64,000 nt of DNA from Mytilus trossulus (Eukaryota), in the NCBI RefSeq assembly GCF_036588685.1, contig NC_086375.1:10292001-10356000 (forward strand), read 5' to 3'. Positions 39,601 through 53,200 of the stretch are shown here, piece by piece. The notes below the pieces were generated by a model. It had not been told where the DNA came from, ran no database searches, and saw only the letters and a program-made list of their open reading frames with translations. The position numbers and the translations under genes are program-made. The stretch's first letter is position 1. Each line of letters opens with the position of its first letter.

Positions 39601-41147
39601 AAAGCAATAATGTTCAGCAAAGTAAGATCTACAAATAAGTCAACATGACCAAAATGATCAGTTGACCACTTTAGGAGTTATTGCCCTTTATAGTCAATTT
39701 TTAACCATTTTTCGTAAATCTTAGTTATCTTTTAGAAAAATCTTCTCCTCTGAAACTGCTGGGCCAAATTATTTGAAACTTGGCCACAATCATCATTGGG
39801 GTATCTAGTTTAAAAATTGTGTCCGGTGACCCCGCCAACTAACCAAGATGACCGCCATGGCTATAAATAGAACATAAGGGTAAAATGCAGTTTTTGGCTT
39901 ATAACTCAAAAACCAAATAATTTAGAGAAAATCTGACATTGGGTAAAATTGTTAATCAGGTGAAGATCTATCTGCCCTGAAATTTTCAGATGAATTGGAC
40001 AACCTGTTTTTGGGTTGCGGCCCCTAAATTGGTAATTTTAAGGAAATTTTGCTGTTTTTGGTTATTATATTGAATATTATTATAGATATAGGTAAACTGT
40101 AAACAGCAATAATGTTCAGCAAAGTAAGATCTACAAATAAGTCAACATGAACGAAATGGTCAATTGACCCCTGTAGGAGTTATTGACCTTTGTAGTCAAT
40201 TTTCAATCTGCTTCCTTTGTTTAATATTCACATAGACCAAGGTGAGCGACACAGGCTCTTTAGAGCCTCTAGTTTTCTTTATACATTATATTTATTTTGC
40301 AATTGTCAATCAATTTAGTTCGTACAAACAAATTACATCTTGACATACTTTACTATAGATGTGAAAGATAAATGAAGAGTTGTGTCCCTTGAACAAATGT
40401 TGAATAGACATGTATCTGGTTTTTGGAATATTATGAATAAGATAGAGATACAATTTTTCACTATCATCTTCTTTTTAGAATGTGTGTTGGAGAAAAAAGG
40501 AAATTAGTCATTCCTTCAGATATGGGATATGGTGATAGAGGAGCTCCACCAAAAATTCCAGGTAATTTTATTAGGTGGAGAAAACAACACATAAAGTACA
40601 AACATTAAAATTGATAAGTCAATCATGTTTTTAGAGGGGGCAATATAGGGGGTCCGTTAACAGGTTAACAACACCTCAATTTTGGCAAAAACAGTTAACA
40701 AAAAATGCAAAAATGATGATAAAAGTTTAACAAACAGGGTTGAAAACAGTTAACAACTTAAATTGATTTCAGATAACAGTTAACAACACCTTGAAAAGGG
40801 CCATTACAGGTTAACACAAAAAGGTATTGCCCCCCCCCCCCCCCCCTTTATATGATAACTTTATTTTCCATCTGATGAACACCAATCGCTCAAAGATAGA
40901 AAATGTGGACAAATAAATACAATTTAGGTGTCATACCAACATTTCAGACAACTATTTTCTGTCTTTATATTTATTGTCTTTTATAAAATTTGCAATATTA
41001 TATTTTACAAACTTAATTTTTATTGTTGCATGTAGATATACATAAATCAGTTATATATAATGTATGCTATTTTGTGTCATTTTAGGTGGTGCAACACTTA
41101 TATTTGAGGTAGAATTGTTGGATATAAAGAGACAAGATGAGCTGTAG
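36695..41147 (+). CDS. FKBP2: FK506-binding protein 2 / FKBP13, ER peptidyl-prolyl isomerase (141 aa)
   Basis: Exons 36695-36862, 37742-37854, 40479-40561 and 41086-41147 total 426 nt. Signal peptide [25 protein letters not shown] motifs [68 protein letters not shown], and C-terminal QDEL. Confidence 0.97.
37828..38314 (+). repeat. 36/40-bp tandem repeat x13 made of the FKBP2 exon end plus its 5' splice donor
   Basis: Unit TTAAAGGGTGGGATCAAGGTTTACTGGGGTAAGTTG. The first copy encodes KGWDQGLLG and carries the authentic donor at 37855. Confidence 0.96.
38614..40276 (+). mobile_element. Complete HINE/DINE-like (Helentron-associated) element, family A, in an FKBP2 intron
   Basis: In order: T-run, 5' subTIR/hairpin GCTCACCTGGCCCGAAGGGCCAAGTGAGC, (GTC)n microsatellite, about three 502-bp core repeats (38733, 39235, 39737), 3' subTIR AGGTGAGC, palindrome AGGCTC-TTTA-GAGCCT, and a CTAGTTTT end. 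Confidence 0.9.
40634..40847. mobile_element. MITE with GGGGGCAATA...TATTGCCCCC terminal inverted repeats
   Basis: TIRs are visible and GTTAACA motifs are reiterated internally. No clear TSD. Confidence 0.65.
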
Positions 41148-41882
41148 TGATATTTCTAGTCAAATGTTGTTTCTTTTTTTCTTTCATTATGTGCGGGAAA
41201 ATTGATGTATAGTGCTAAACAATTAATTATAATTTCTCTTGGTTTTCTTGATGTTTAAGCTTTATAATGCAGTATAGATATCTTAAAAAACACAATAAAT
41301 GTATCCCGACTTGTTAAAGGAATAATCAAGGCAATTTCAGCTTAAAAAATTATTGTTGAAAAAGTTTTGTTTCATTGTTATTGGCTTTTATGTTCAGTGG
41401 AATGGTTTCATTGGTCTTTATACCAAATATTTATGTATTTTCTATTAATGCTTTATTTGTAAATCTTTTGATAAAAATTTGTATACAATTGTAAATTTTT
41501 TAAGGTCATATTTTTAGTATGGAAATGAAAGTCAAAAGTTAGAGAGTTCATTAAAAAAATAAATAAGAATCGGTGTGGAATGGCCTATTTAGTGTGGATG
41601 CAGAAATCCATATGAGGAATAATCTGTTTTATTACAAGTGTATGCTTGTGTTCATACATCATGTCATTGAACTTACAAATTTGCCTTCATTTATGAATGA
41701 ATTTTATACAATTAAAGAGAGACATAAATCAGATGTTTTCATCTCTATTTCTTTTATAACATGTTTGCATTGTATTTTTCCAAGAAAAATAACATTACAA
41801 AATAAACAACTTATTCAACATAAAAAGATTCCAAGATAAAATTGAGAATGGAAAGGGGGAATGTGTCTAAGTGACAACAATC

Positions 41883-43833
41883 AACCAGATGCTCCGCAGG
41901 GCGTAGCTTTATACGACCGCAGAGATTGAACCCTGAACAGTTGGGGCAAGTATGGACACAACATTCAAGCTGGATTCAGCTCTAAATTTGGATTGTGATT
42001 AAATAGTTGACACAGCATAGGTTTCTGACACAGCATGAATGTATTCAAATGAACTTAAATTTTTTGTTTTCTCTTAGAGCAATTCACTATGCTGTTGAAT
42101 ATTAATCCTCTCAAAAAAATGTTTGAAGAAATTTTCTTTTTATTTAATATGAAATTTCAAATGAGAAAAATTGAACCCAATTTTTTAATCACATCCCCCT
42201 TTCCCTTGTTCCAAAACTAATTTCAATTAAAATATTCTAATGGAGTTTGCAACAATTACTACTCATTTAAATACATCATAAAATATTAAGATGTAAAAAA
42301 ACTGCTTGTTATCACTGAATGGTAAAGATTATTTAAATTTATCAGTTGGTAGTAAAAAGTGAATATACATTGTATATTGTATATAACAAAGATTTAAGTT
42401 GATTCTGGACAAAGAAAGATAACTCCAATTAAAAAAAATTCTTGCAGATATTTCTTGCTTACTTTACTGGACAAAGAAAGATAACTCTTAATTAAAAAAA
42501 AAATTGCTATTTCACAATATTGTGAAATTAGATATTTCTTGCCATTGCACAATACTGTGCAATTGAAAAGACTTGCTATTGCACAATACTTAATATAATA
42601 ATTTTAGATCCTGATTTGGACCAACTTGAAAACTGGGCCCATAATCAAAAATCTGAGTACATGTTTAGATTCAGCATATCAAAGAGGCCCAAGAATTTGA
42701 TTTTTGTTAAAATCAAACTTAGTTTAATTTTGGACCCTTTGCACTTTAATTTAGACCAATTTTAAAACTGGACCAAAAATTAAGAATCTACATACACAGT
42801 TAGATTTGGCATATCAAAGAACCCCAATTATTCAATTTTTGATGAAATCAAACAATGTTTAATATTGGACCTCGATTTGGGCCAACTTGAAAATTGGGCC
42901 AATAATCAAAAATCTAAGTACATTTTTAGATTCAGCATATCAAAGAACCCCAAGTTTTCAATTTTTGTTAAAATCAAACTAAGTTTAATTTTGGACCCTT
43001 TGGACCTTAATGTAGACCAATTTGAAAACGGGACCAAAAATTAAGAATCTACATACACAGTTAGATTTGGCATATTAAAGAACCCCAATTATTCAATTTT
43101 GATGAAATCAAACAAAGTTTAATTTTGGACCCTTTGGGCCCCTTTTTCCTTAACTGTTGGGACCAAAACTCCCAAAATCAATACCAACCTTCCTTTTATA
43201 GTCATAAACCTTGTGTTTAAATTTCATGGATTTCTATTTACTTATACTAACACTATGGTGCGAAAACCAAGAAAAATGCTTATTTGGGTCCCTTTTTGGC
43301 CCCTAATTCCTAAACTGTTGGGACCGAAACTCCCAAAATCAATACCAAGCTTCCTTTTGTGGTCATAAACATTGTGTTTAAATTTCATTGATTTCTATTT
43401 ACTTTAACTAAAGTTATTGTGCGAAAACCAAGAATAATGCTTATTTGGGCCCTTTTTTGGCTCCTAATTCCTAAACTGTTGAAACCAAAACTCCCAAAAT
43501 CAATCCCAACCTTTCTTTTGTGGTCATAAACCTTGTGTCAAAATTTCATAGATTTCTATTAACTTAAACTAAAGTTATAGTGCGAAAACCAAGAAAATGC
43601 TTATTTGGGCCCTTTTTGGCCCCTGATTCCTAAAATATTGGGACCAAAACTCCCAAAATCAATACCAGCCTTCCTTTTATGGTCATAAACCTTGTGTTAA
43701 AATTTCATAGATTTCTATTCACTTTTACTAAAGTTAGAGTGCGAAAACTAAAAGTATTCGGACGACGACGACGACGCCAACGTGATAGCAATATACGACG
43801 AAATTTTTTTCAAAATTTGCTGTCGTATAAAAA
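41883..43833 (-). mobile_element. Complete HINE/DINE-like element, family B, nested in a short interspersed repeat
   Basis: On the minus strand: TTTTTATACGAC hairpin, (GTC)n, core tandem repeats of about 160 bp and about 240 bp, 3' subTIR GTCGTATAA, palindrome GCTACGC-CCT-GCGGAGC, and an ATCTGGTT end. Confidence 0.88.
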
Positions 43834-45902
43834 GCAGAGCACAGCCAAAGATCACCAATGGGTCTCTATATGCACCAGTCTGTGTTTTGTGGAAATAAGC
43901 ATTGTGTATAAGTTTCATAACATTTGGTGGAGGCGTACTAAAATATGAGAACCTAAACCAACTTTGGGGCATACGTACATACAGACAAGGATACTAGTTT
44001 GGGTGCATGCAAAATAGTATCCCAGAGATGGAATGCTTACCTGGTTAAATAGCATGTTTTAAAAAATCCAGCTTAGAATGTTGGTCAGGTACATAGCAGG
44101 CTTCATATTCATATCACTTTCAAATGAACCTGTCCTGATATATATGCATACAATATGTGCCACTGGACCTTGAAAGCATATCAATCAATCTATGGATTAT
44201 GTTACAGCTTTTGTATCTGCTGTATTTCATGCACATTTTCTTTGTTCCAATTGTTCTATATTATATTGATCATTTCCTTGGAGCTTGTACGCTAGCCTTT
44301 AAAATGGAAGGGATGTTTGAATTAACTGTTAACAGTAGGTTGTGTCAACCAGACAGCAACCTAACAACACAAAAAGTCATTTCTAGATGTATGGTGGTTG
44401 AGTAGTGCATACTAAATATCACTAGTTTGCTGACACACAAGATGGGAATTCAGATCCTGTATTTAAAGTTAGAGGTACATCTTAATTGACTTGGTTTGTT
44501 GGTTTGAATAAGCATATTCCATAACATTTGGTTATCCCATGGGCTTTTTGTTAGGGTTTCCTCATTGTTGACGACTAGATAGTGAAATGTTTGTAGGATC
44601 ACATCATTCTGTCATTTTTAGTCTTTTTCATCTCCAGTGGAAAGTTATCTAAATTGGCAATCATACCACATCTTATATTTTATATATGTGGTATGATTAA
44701 TAAATCATTTTAACATATATTGTTGCAACAAAAGCAAAGCTATTACTAGCTATTATTCTGTACTTGTTTACAGTTTATAAACATAATAACTAAGAATTTA
44801 ATATTGTGTATTTTCACTTTGCTAGGTTTATATGCTTCTAATGATTGGTGCATAAGTACAGAGTGATGTTATAGTTGAGTTGACTAATATTGTAACTATC
44901 ATACTACTATGAGTTACAGAGAAATTGTCTTTACCAGTCACTATAGTGTAAAATGTAAATTATGCCAAACTACCAGTAGTTATAGAGGAACCTTATAATA
45001 AACAGTGTTATAGTTTAGGAAATCAACTATATATTAAAACTGCTGCTAACATTGAAACTGCATAAAAGACACTAAATTAATTAATTATCTTTCTGGTTAA
45101 AGGCTTAAATTAAAAGTGTCTGAATTGAAAAACTTGAGCTACCAAATTCATAAGCTATATTTATAAATTTGAATCACTTATCAATTCCTATAATGCCTGG
45201 ATCAACAATAACAGCATTTATTGTATAAAATGGTTTTATTGTTATATGAATGAAAAGTGCAATCAGAAACATGTACAAAGTAAAAGTCTGTCAAATTCTA
45301 TCAAAGGTGTTGTACTGGGTCTATGAAGGAGGTACATTAAGACTTTCCTGTCTTATTATTGTACATAAATGTTTTAAAAGACATCTTTTCTTCTTAATCA
45401 TAAATTAGTGATAATCACATTTCTGAATTATGTTTGACTCCTATCTATTATATTCAGAGAAAATATTTCTTGAAATTATAATACTAAATTACTGTTTCTA
45501 TTTTTTCTTTTCTATTTAATCAAATTTTTTGGTCTCTCTAACAGCAGGTTTGAACTTCAAAATAAAGTTTATATTTCAATAAAATGGATCTGAATAACTG
45601 AAAATAATGCTGACAATATCAGAAATACATGTATATATATATTTTTTTATCTCTCAATGGTACCTCCTTCATATACATTTTGTACTTAAATTATTTCAAA
45701 CGAACTCCTATGTTCTATACTAAATGAAAAACATAAGACTGAAACCGGCTCATTGAAAAGTAAGTAGATGTGGTCAATTTTACACCATAAACATTATATC
45801 ATAACCAACTTTCATGCAACTGAAGACTCAATTGAGTTTCTATTTTATCAAGAGATGTTTTGTAAACACAGAGAAAGCACATTGAAACTCAGCCATGCAT
45901 GC

Positions 45903-46044
45903 CATGGTGGATCCAAAATGGGGATGAGGGGTGGTTGGTGTTCCAGGGGTTGGAATCCCCCACTTTTTTGGATGATCAATGCATTTGAATAGGGATATAT
46001 AGTTGGAACACCTCCCCTTTTAAAAATAACTGGATCCGCCCCTG
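45903..46044. mobile_element. Short GGATCC-terminated MITE; related fragments at about 35497-35590, 53655-53795 and 12490-12600
   Basis: GGTGGATCCA...TGGATCCGCC inverted termini. Confidence 0.55.
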
Positions 46045-49000
46045 GGATGGGTGATTTTGTTCAGTGAAAGTGTCAGAGAAATTATTAATTTGCCTGTATA
46101 GATGGCTTCCCTGTTTTGATAGCTGCAGCAAATTCATGCATTTTTTAACATACCATATATTTATCGAGATCAATTTTGCTTTCAAGGCCTGAAATTTGAA
46201 AAAAAAAACATCTGTTGGCCAGTTGCAAGAAAATTAGTTAACACATGTGGTTTATGTTGTAACAATATCACAATTACAAGAATGATAAATATGATATGAA
46301 AAAAATATGATTAAAAGGCATGCTTATACATCTGATGAGAAAATATGAAATACGCAAGGTTAATTTAATGATCTGTATGATTATAAAACATTTGACAACA
46401 GACATTTATAATTCTTATATAAATCAACAAATCATTTGCCAGACATCATGAAATGTGTCAAAATAGATGATGAGAAAAAATAGGCTATTTGTTGGTCTCT
46501 TTTTCTTAATCATTAATATATATGTATATCATATATAAACATTGTTATATATTATAGAATAATAGAAAACTCTTTATACATAAATATCAAATTATTGAAA
46601 AGTCTTTACTTCTTTTCTACTTAAAACCAAACACTGTGGACTTTTTACAGTATTTTATAACCAGTAATTTTTTTCACTGTTTATTGCTTCATTTTGCTTC
46701 TACAATATATAAAATGAAAAAAAAATGCCATATGAAAATCAAAGTTAAATAAACAAAATATTTTTGTTTCAAGGTACACAATATGTGTTTCTGAATCAAC
46801 TTTTTTCAGGTACACTGAAGACCTGCGAATCTTCACAAAAAATCCAAAATATAAAACTAATCTTAAGTCTTTTACTCTCAATTTTAATGTCAGATGTCTT
46901 TTTTAAAGCTGCACATTTCTGGAAGCCAAAAACACAATGTATTTGGGAGCATCAGAGCCAAAAAAGAAGGATTAAGCAATTGCAAAAAATCATGGATTAA
47001 CCTGAAAATTGTATCAGCTGACATTTTATGAAAACCATGTGACAGGTCATGTGACAGATCATGTGCAATGTTAACATCAGAGGTATATGGTATTACATGT
47101 TATAATTCTATGATACTGGTATTCGGTACGTTCTATACAAATGGAAACATAAACATGCAAAAACTAAAATAAAAACTCAATCAAACATGCGAAAAATGAC
47201 AAATAAATATATATAGATATGTTAGTACTCTTTTGTATAAAATATCACAAACTCAACAAATGGGTGCTGTTATATTCTTCTACAGCTTTTTCTACTCCAA
47301 ACTCAAAATATAAGAAAAAAAATATGCAAAAGACATAGGCGGTTTAAGAAATAAATTTATATTGGATCAGGAGACAATTTTTGTCTTTGCATAAAACTGT
47401 TTGTTATTTTAAATCATAGTAAGCACTTATGTTCAAATACAATCACCTACCATTAAATTGCCAAATGTTGTTTGAGACTCTGATAACCAGTTTATTATAA
47501 ATGAATATTTAACTTTGAAAAATAAATTTCTTCTGAAAATATTACCAAACATGCGGTCAGTGTATAATTTGATATGTAACAAGTTTTAACCTAGCACTAT
47601 ATTGAAACTGAAACTGTGCAAATAGAACCCTGCACATTTCTTCAATAGCAATTTTTTTCCCCTGCTCCTTGTATTTTCTTAACTACATTCTATTTAAATA
47701 AATGAGTAGCACACATACAAAATAAAAATATCTAATCTACTATACCCGATTTTCAACATACTGATGAAATGACAAAATGATATTGTTTTTTCTAACTACA
47801 GAGAATTCAAAGAACAACTTATAAAAAGGGTTTGTTAAAACTTTGGCTTGGATTAGTAACAGCTTAATACAGGTAAATAGTGTTCAAAATATTTGGAAAA
47901 CAACTTTATATATACCTTAAGCTTTTTTTTTCCCAATATAAAGAAAATGCTTCTTAAATTAAGCATAAAATACTTCAACACAAAATCATTTACAGGAGTA
48001 CACACACAGGATTCCAGCTGCTGTTTTAATATACACCAAGTTCAAAAATACCTTGAAAGTTGATTTTTATATGATTAAATGTACTACATTGTTCTTTAAG
48101 TAAGATATTTTGAATTTTAGTATGCAGTTGATTAATAGATGTTCAATATTAAGTCATGTGACTTAGAGATGGATTGAACATCTGTCAATCATTTCAATGC
48201 TATTTTTAAACACATTGTAACACTACATAGTTTCTCTGTGGTTGGAAAATACTATGTAAATGATCATTCATATCAAAGCATCACATTCACAGATACAATT
48301 CAATCACATGTAAAAATGTATGCATTTTCATTCTGACAAATATTTTACAATACCTTTACATGAACAATAAAATATTAAAACATTTATATATTGCTCTTAC
48401 AAGTGATACTATCGAATGAAGTATATGCATAACTTAAATGTCTTTATTGAACAGGTATGAAATGTGATTACCTATGCATATATATTTTAATGTATAGAAG
48501 TAATTCGAGGATTCTTTGAATTGCTTTCTTTTCTAAAGCTCTAAGAAATAAGAGCAGATAATCTTAAAAGAATTGAGATGCACATCTTGTAATTTAATTA
48601 CTTTGATAATTAAATGATATCTACATGACCTATATATACTTGATGCTATTGTTTATAAGAAGATCCCTCTGTAAAAGGAGCACCCCTTGAGAGCTGCTAG
48701 TTAGTACAATCCATGTATTTGAATCAGAAAATAAATTTATTAATAAATGCAAGATACTTTTAACTATAAAAAAAATATTCCAAAAGTTTTTCTCTTCATT
48801 TGTTTTTTTTCTTCGTTAGTTTAATAGTATAAAATACCAAATTTTTAAAACAATTTAGTGTCTATACTATATTTCTTATAAAATTGCCTCCCGACCCGTT
48901 CACATTCATTTTTGGAACAGCCATCACAAGACTTGAAAATGCAACACAATGAAAAGCACTAAAAGCGAAACAGTCTTCACAATGAGGTTTAAATAAGGTA

Positions 49001-50283
49001 CATTTTGTATTCTGATAAACGATTGTCTTTTGAATTTAGCATTAGGGAATTTGACATCAATTTCTGGGACATGTTAAGGAGTGAATTTCACTTGACTGGT
49101 ATGCTACATATTAAATTTAATTCCCTTTTCCTAATCCCTCCAACATCACAGGCATCCTATATTAGCAGACTGTATTATCTTGAAAGGAGTTTGTTTTACG
49201 AAAATCATGTAAATTAAAATAAAGAGATGTGGTATGATTGCAAATAAAACAAATATCAACCAGAGACCAGAGCTATTAGCTAAAGATCTTATACTTAAGG
49301 TGTTTGTTTTAGACAAGAACATTTTCAAATATGTAATATTTGATCAAAAGTCTTCTTAGGAGATGAAGATCATGTACATAAATAAAGCAAATCAAATATT
49401 TATAGACAAACAAGAATTCATAGCACCAGAAATAGATACATGTGTCAGATAATCTGTGTATGGTGATTGATATGAAATTAGGACTATTCCATTAAAATGT
49501 ACGAGGGAGAGTAGGAAAGGAAGTTTAATTATTGAATGTGGGTCATGGGTCTTTATTAAATATGCATCAATTACCAATATGCTAAATTATCTAAAAAATA
49601 GTTTTTGGTTGTAAGGATATTCTTAAAGTCCCTTCCTACCCTCCCACATACATTTCAATGGAATAGCCCTGAACTGCAAATGGTAACTATAGATGTTATT
49701 ACACAATACGTCAGTTCATATAAATAAACAAATACACCAATGATTCTACTCAACGCTAAAATGTACATACTGAGAAAGGATATTTTCGTGAATTGTATTT
49801 TATAATTTGCTGCTTTGATCTCCTTTTTTTTTTCAGTTCTATCTCGCATTTGCTGTGTAAATGCATTTATTTTCACTGACATAAGATCTTGCTGGTATAT
49901 AATGAAAATATAGAAGTCACAAATATTTCCCAGTTTTCAGTATTACTATTTTTAGCAGTCATTGGTCAACATGGTCAATGTGTTCTTCTAATGACATACA
50001 AAGAAAATAGTATAAATAGTTCAGTGTATTACTACTCTTTCAAATGTTCACCATCAAAGAAATCACACCTCTAGCATATTTTATTACACAGCATCAACAT
50101 TCTACATAAAATGGGTTAAATAGCTGTGCAACAGACAAAAAAACTTCAAATTCAAATTTTCATGCATAAACAGTAGAAGTATGTTTCACACTTCCGTGAA
50201 ATATTAATTTATTGTCATTATCAATTTTTTGTTGGAAGCAGGTTGCATATCAAGTTGCATCTGTTAACGGTTTTTGCAGTCCC

Positions 50284-53200
50284 TCAGGTATCAGTATCAA
50301 GACGTTTGAATGATGTTCCTAGATGTCTGACTGGTTTGACCATTTTTTCTCTTGCCTCTCGTCGGCCATCTTCTTTGTGGTCAAAATCACAATTATGTAA
50401 CTCTGGAAGTCTATGTAATGCACAGAATACATTGTCTGAAATAGATATAATCTTGTAATTTTAATTTTAGAACACATTCTGTTGATATTGTTTTCCAATT
50501 TGGTTAGAGTTATTCCCCCTTTTCATTTCAAATGTTGTTCAATGACAAGAAGACTAAATAATATCCTGTATTCACGGTATTTGTGTCTTCTATGTAATAT
50601 TCAATTTTCATATGTTGGATATTATTTTCTTAATGTCTATAAAAAGGCAGCAATCATAAATGAAAGTAAACAAATAATAAATGCAGAGAGACCTTAAATA
50701 ATGCACAATCTATAAATGGAAGTTCTAAATGTGTAGTTGGTAGGTTGCAACATGGTCAAATACTTGACAGTTTTGGTAAGGGGAAATAATTCTTTAAAAT
50801 CGGGAATGCGTTTGTGATAATCAGTTTCAACAATGCTTCTAAAGCATACATGAGGGTCATAATGGGGGTACCTTCATGATGAATAGTACATGTGGTAAAA
50901 ATTCTTGCCAATGCAAAATGACGTTAAATATCCTCCCCAAAAAACGTTAACTATAATTATTTGAGACCTCTGACAAATCATGATTAGGATATTTTGACGA
51001 ATCACAGTAACCAATTTGATCCTAATGATAGCAAATGACTGTTTGGCGCCTGACGATAATGGGCATTCCTACCCTTGTACATGTGACAGATAACTAAAAT
51101 AATCTGTGAAACTTTGAAAACCACAAACATTCCAGTGATAATTGAGAAAGATGTGACCACTTACCACATTTACATCTTCCAATCTGGCGTTGTGCCAATT
51201 CTAGTTTACATTTACATTGAAAACACCTTTTCTTCACTTTCTGACTTTGTTTTTCTGGGGTTGATTCAGGTGTGGAATCTGCTTCAACATTTGATATATC
51301 CCTAAAATAAATAATTATTAGACACTGAAATATACAATACAATATTATTATTTAAATTTTATAATTTATACATATCTATACATTTTCTATACCCAATACT
51401 TCATAGCTTTTTTTTATGTCACACAAGTCTGTCAAAAGTTTCTGTATAGTCAATTATTCATATATGAAGCTTAAGGCTTTATCTAGCACTTTAGTATAAT
51501 ATGCTATTTATTTGTGTTTATGATATGAAGACTTTAAGAATTGTTTCAAATTTAAGACATTCCTAATACTTCCTTGCTTGTTTTAGTCAACATTCTACTA
51601 CCTATACCTATTTTTGGTATCAACATGTTGTGGCCATTCACTTTAGCTCATGATATCGTAAGTCTTTTCCAAGTTTTTAACCATTTAAATCATAAAATGT
51701 TTAATGTATATGTATATTCCTTATTTTCAGCTTTGGATACCCCTTTTGAAGCTCTTTATAAAGGTCTTTGTCACATGACTTCAAATTACCTTTTACTGCC
51801 TTTCTTTTCTGGTGACAGTCCTGCATTTTCAGTTGAGGTACTACATGTAGGTGAAGGTGAATTATTCCCATTTGTATTTTTATCATTTGTGTTAATCACA
51901 GTCCCATTTGTACTATTATTAGTACCACATATATTATTTAATTGTACTTTATCACTAATATCTTCCTTTGAGCTGCTTGCTTCTGGAAAGGTTGAACTGA
52001 CTGACACACAAGCTGGCTCTGAAAATTAATGCATATTGATCTTAGCCATAAAAGTATTCATTTTTTTGCACAGCATACTTTCACAAAAACCTACAAGGTG
52101 TCCTGTGACTTGGTTAAAATAATCATTGATGGTTATTTTTCTCAGTGAATATTTATTGTTGATAATTGTTAGTGATTCACTCTGTTATACTGTATATCCA
52201 TTATTATATGTTGAAAACAAAAACTCATGAGATGTTTCTTTTTTTACATCCAGCCTCAATTATTTCCTGCATACATGTACTTATAATCTGTATGTTTTTT
52301 CCAGCTTAATGATTCAACTTTAAAAAGGGACCACTATCTAGTCACCCTACCTGATGTCTATACAGCAGAGTTAATTGTCCTTGGGATTTGATCCCTACAC
52401 AATTTTCCCATTTGAATTAATGGTATAAGATTGATGATTTTATCTGTTGATTGTTCACTGATACTTAAGTTTTTAATTTTTCAGGAAGTTGAAAAAACAC
52501 ATTGCAGAATATGCAGGAGATCTATTTGTATTTTCAGTGCAATGTGAGAAAATGGACAATAGCATACAGCTGGATATTTAGGAAAATACAAACCACTTGT
52601 TGGAATCATGTGATCTGGTGCACTTTTCATTACATCTTTTGACTTTTCTGAAAAAGAATAACTTCAATTGAATATTCATATTAGGTCAAATGAACTTTAG
52701 TTATTCCGAATAGAAAAGAAAGGATGTGGGCCTTGTGGGGTAACCATCAAGACATAAAATCATTACATGCAGAGCAAAAAACACAAAATAACAGTAAATT
52801 TATTGCTGATTTTTTAGGAAAAAAACTTTCTGCTTTTAAAAATATATACTTCCATGTTTTGTACTACACCTATAGCTAGCCTATATCAACACTATATGAG
52901 GAGATACATGTACAAATACATGTTGTTTTATGTGAGATATACACTGTGTACATGTATCACCTCTGTTGGTCACAGCTTGTCTATGTGTGAAAATAACAGA
53001 ATTATTTTAATAAATACCATCTATTAATAATTAAGTGGGAAAAATTTACCAGGTGAAAATTTAATTTAAGATATTAATATCAATGTTCATATAGTAGTAA
53101 GCAACTTTTAATTTTTCCTGAAACAAGTTTGGTTTTCCCATTTGAAAGGTTTTACATTAGTAATTGTTGGGGTCCTTTGAAGCTTGTTGTGTGGTGTGAT

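Noticed and set aside
51574-52029. 151-aa plus-strand ORF
   Set aside because: It is the antisense shadow of a ZFAND3 exon and intron.
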